Below are positions 61,598 through 64,000 of a stretch of 64,000 nucleotides of DNA, in pieces (the stretch's first letter is position 1; each line of letters opens with the position of its first letter). The notes beneath the pieces are model-generated. The model was given only the letters and a program-made list of their open reading frames with translations, did not search any database and had not been told where the DNA came from. Where the stretch lies: contig LBWP01000001.1 of assembly GCA_000993685.1 (NCBI GenBank), forward strand, positions 9,739-73,738, given 5' to 3'. A program made the position numbers and the translations under genes. This DNA is from Candidatus Woesebacteria bacterium GW2011_GWA1_39_21. GTDB lineage: Bacteria > Patescibacteriota > Microgenomatia > UBA8517.

Positions 61598-62011
61598 ATG
61601 TCAGAAAGATTAGCAAAAGGAGACCGGACTCATATCCGTGATTTAAAAAGACAAAGACTTTTAGAGGAAGTGAGAGTTGTGAGAGCAATTGTGCTTCAAA
61701 AGCGTTTGGATCAAAGTTGGGAAGACGGTTTGAATGACAGTTTGAGGTCGCAGGGTTATAAAGATGGTGTGGGAACCCTTTCCCCAGACGAAAAAAGTGC
61801 AATTGGCGAGTATTATGAATTAACACAACGGTTGCGTAAACAACTATACGACGGAGAAATTGCGCGAAAAGATGTTGCGGAAAAGACACACGATTTTAAT
61901 GTTAAACACGCGCCGTTGTTTCCTGATGTTGAGGATAAAAACGGTGAAATGCAAACTCCATTTATTCTGTCTTTACGTTTTATAACTCAAAAATACCGCG
62001 GTGAAAAGTAA
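61598..62011 (+). CDS. Hypothetical protein
   Basis: 137 aa ORF with TTGACA and TGATATAAT upstream. Confidence 0.6.
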   Translation: MSERLAKGDRTHIRDLKRQRLLEEVRVVRAIVLQKRLDQSWEDGLNDSLRSQGYKDGVGTLSPDEKSAIGEYYELTQRLRKQLYDGEIARKDVAEKTHDFNVKHAPLFPDVEDKNGEMQTPFILSLRFITQKYRGEK

Positions 62012-62022
62012 GTGGATGTGAA

Positions 62023-63960
62023 CTACTTAAACTCGAGGGAGTATTTTTCTTTAAGAACTCTGCGTATTTTATTTCTCTGACCGGCAACTTCATCATCCGT
62101 CAGGGTTTTTTCAGGATTTTGGTAAGTTACCCTAAACGTAAAAGAGTTTTTATAGGTACCGGAAAGTCCAATATCTGAAACCAAGTTACTGGCTGATTTA
62201 ATTGATTGCATTATTTTTGCAATTTCTACACCGGCGGGAACGTTGAGTGTTAAATCCTCGATCTGAGGCGGATGTTTAGGAATCGAAACAAAGCTACGGA
62301 GTGGTCGATACAATTTTTGTAGAGCCTGCGAATCAATTTCCGATACAATTATTCCGTCGTCCCGTTCGGTGAGGTATCCGATTGGTGTCTTTGCAGAGCT
62401 GATATTTATCTTTTCAGAAGGTGGGTCTTTTTCAAAGGAAACGGGAATGTTTAGTTGGTCGTTAAGAAGGGTTTCCAAAATTCCTTTCACCTGAACGTAT
62501 TTATAACCATCGAAACACATGCCCAGAAGCAATTTTTCTTCAGGCAAATCGCCCACTGTTTGAAGATAGACGTTAGCAAGTTCAAACATAAAAAGTGATT
62601 CATAATCACCTTTATTTTCTTTGAGTGCGGTAACCAATGAATGTACTAAATCACTTCGAAGGTATTTACTTTCCGGACCGATTGGGTTTTTAAGACTTAG
62701 TGCTTTTTCTGCGTCTAGATAATTGTTTGGAACCAGAGAAAGTGTGTAAACTTCGGTTCCTCCAAGCGCTTTGATAATGTTTTTTATTTTCCATTCAAGG
62801 GAAAATGGTGATTTATACAAGGGATCCGGAAGTTTTCCCTCCATCAATCTGCTTGGAAGGTTGAAATAACCATAAACCCGCGCAATTTCCTCGACGATAT
62901 CTTCAGGAATTTCAATATCTCTTGCTCTAAAACTGGGGACATGTACGCTCAGAGTCTCGGCCTTCCAAACTGGGGAGAATTCCAAGGAGGTTAGTATTTT
63001 TGTAATATCATCTTTCGCGATGTCGACTCCAAGGATTTTTTCGATAAAAGCTTTACTGGTAATAACTGTTTTTACAGCGGCAGGTTTGGGATAATCATCG
63101 TAAATTGCGCTTGCTACTTCTGCACGGCAAACTTTTTGATAAAGTTCGATTCCACGTAAAAGTGCTGATTTCCCAAGATCCGGGTCGACGCCTTTTTCGT
63201 TAATACTCGCCGCCATTGTCCTGATGGTGTATTTCATTGAAGTACCTCTGATGCGAGTGGGGTTATTATTGTCAATAAAAAGTAAAACTCTTTTTGTCTC
63301 GGGGCCAACGACCGAGTTTTTTGTTCCGATAATACCCGGGAGATCAATAATCTCACCATCCCCGTCATCAAAAACAATATCACCGCCTGTTAATTCATAT
63401 GTCTTTTCGTCAAAGCTTGTCACTTTTTCACCCTTTTTCGAGAGTCTGATAAAGAATTTCTTATATTTGATCTTATCGTAATCAAAAGCGTGGCAGGGGT
63501 GCCCGGTTTCGAGCATGACATAATTTGTGATGTCAACAATTGCATTAAGCGACCGGACACCACAAGCAAGTAATCTTTTTTGCATCCAATCTGGGGTTTT
63601 ACGGTTTTTAAAATTTGTTAGAACAACACCTAGTGTTCTGTACACAATTGATTCGTCGGAAACGACACTAAATGGAAGGTTGTCAATTTTGTTAATTTTG
63701 TTGTTAGGATTTAATTTTTTGAGTTTTGCAGGAATTTTGAAGCGTGGAAGGATGGCGGCAGCTTCGCGGGCAAAGCCGTAAACCCCGACGCAATCGATGC
63801 GGTTGGTTGTAATTTCAACATGATAAAGAATATCTCCGTCTTTCTCCTCAACTTTTTCGATTGAAGGACCACATAGGGATAGATATTCGGAAATTTGTTT
63901 TGGCGTTGCCTTTGTTTGTAAATACTCTCTGAGCCAGTTGTCCGAAATGGTAATATCCAT
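62023..63960 (-). CDS. pheT: Phenylalanine--tRNA ligase beta subunit (short form)
   Basis: EITTNRID, VDITNYVMLE.G.P.HAFD, DIVEEIARVYGY, ferredoxin-like C-terminal domain. Confidence 0.94.
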   Translation of the reverse strand: MDITISDNWLREYLQTKATPKQISEYLSLCGPSIEKVEEKDGDILYHVEITTNRIDCVGVYGFAREAAAILPRFKIPAKLKKLNPNNKINKIDNLPFSVVSDESIVYRTLGVVLTNFKNRKTPDWMQKRLLACGVRSLNAIVDITNYVMLETGHPCHAFDYDKIKYKKFFIRLSKKGEKVTSFDEKTYELTGGDIVFDDGDGEIIDLPGIIGTKNSVVGPETKRVLLFIDNNNPTRIRGTSMKYTIRTMAASINEKGVDPDLGKSALLRGIELYQKVCRAEVASAIYDDYPKPAAVKTVITSKAFIEKILGVDIAKDDITKILTSLEFSPVWKAETLSVHVPSFRARDIEIPEDIVEEIARVYGYFNLPSRLMEGKLPDPLYKSPFSLEWKIKNIIKALGGTEVYTLSLVPNNYLDAEKALSLKNPIGPESKYLRSDLVHSLVTALKENKGDYESLFMFELANVYLQTVGDLPEEKLLLGMCFDGYKYVQVKGILETLLNDQLNIPVSFEKDPPSEKINISSAKTPIGYLTERDDGIIVSEIDSQALQKLYRPLRSFVSIPKHPPQIEDLTLNVPAGVEIAKIMQSIKSASNLVSDIGLSGTYKNSFTFRVTYQNPEKTLTDDEVAGQRNKIRRVLKEKYSLEFK

Positions 63961-64000
63961 AATTCTAAATTCAAAATTCAGACATCAAAAATCAAAATTG

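Overview
A 64 kb stretch of a small, gene-dense bacterial chromosome. The gene style (N-truncated RF1, short PheT, monoderm type IV pilus locus without PilQ, few Shine-Dalgarno sites) suggests Patescibacteria/CPR, probably Microgenomates; this is an inference, not a database result. Housekeeping genes include ctpA, htrA, prfA, rpmE, hisS, dnaB, a Xer recombinase, gyrA, gyrB, hppA, rpsP, rnc, nusB, rpmF, recG, tyrS, PBP1A and pheT. A 20 kb type IV pilus locus has about 10 pilins and a glycosylation cassette between two paralogous pilins. Features the ORF track does not show: (1) an atypical tRNA-His(GUG) ending 3 nt before a CntK/histidine-racemase-like gene with a Cys-to-Ser catalytic change, followed closely by hisS and a DMT transporter, behind an attenuator-like leader; (2) two single-gene islets stacked at the tRNA-Leu 3' end, bounded by ~100 bp diverged att-like repeats; (3) several ~100 bp non-autonomous IS200/IS605-type palindromic elements inserted after TTAT, two stacked in frame in a prepilin leader, two flanking recG and one splitting a gene; (4) a dif-like site near the Xer gene, with a half-site at the xer promoter. 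No CRISPR array, rRNA or transposase gene was seen. All calls were made by eye, without database searches.
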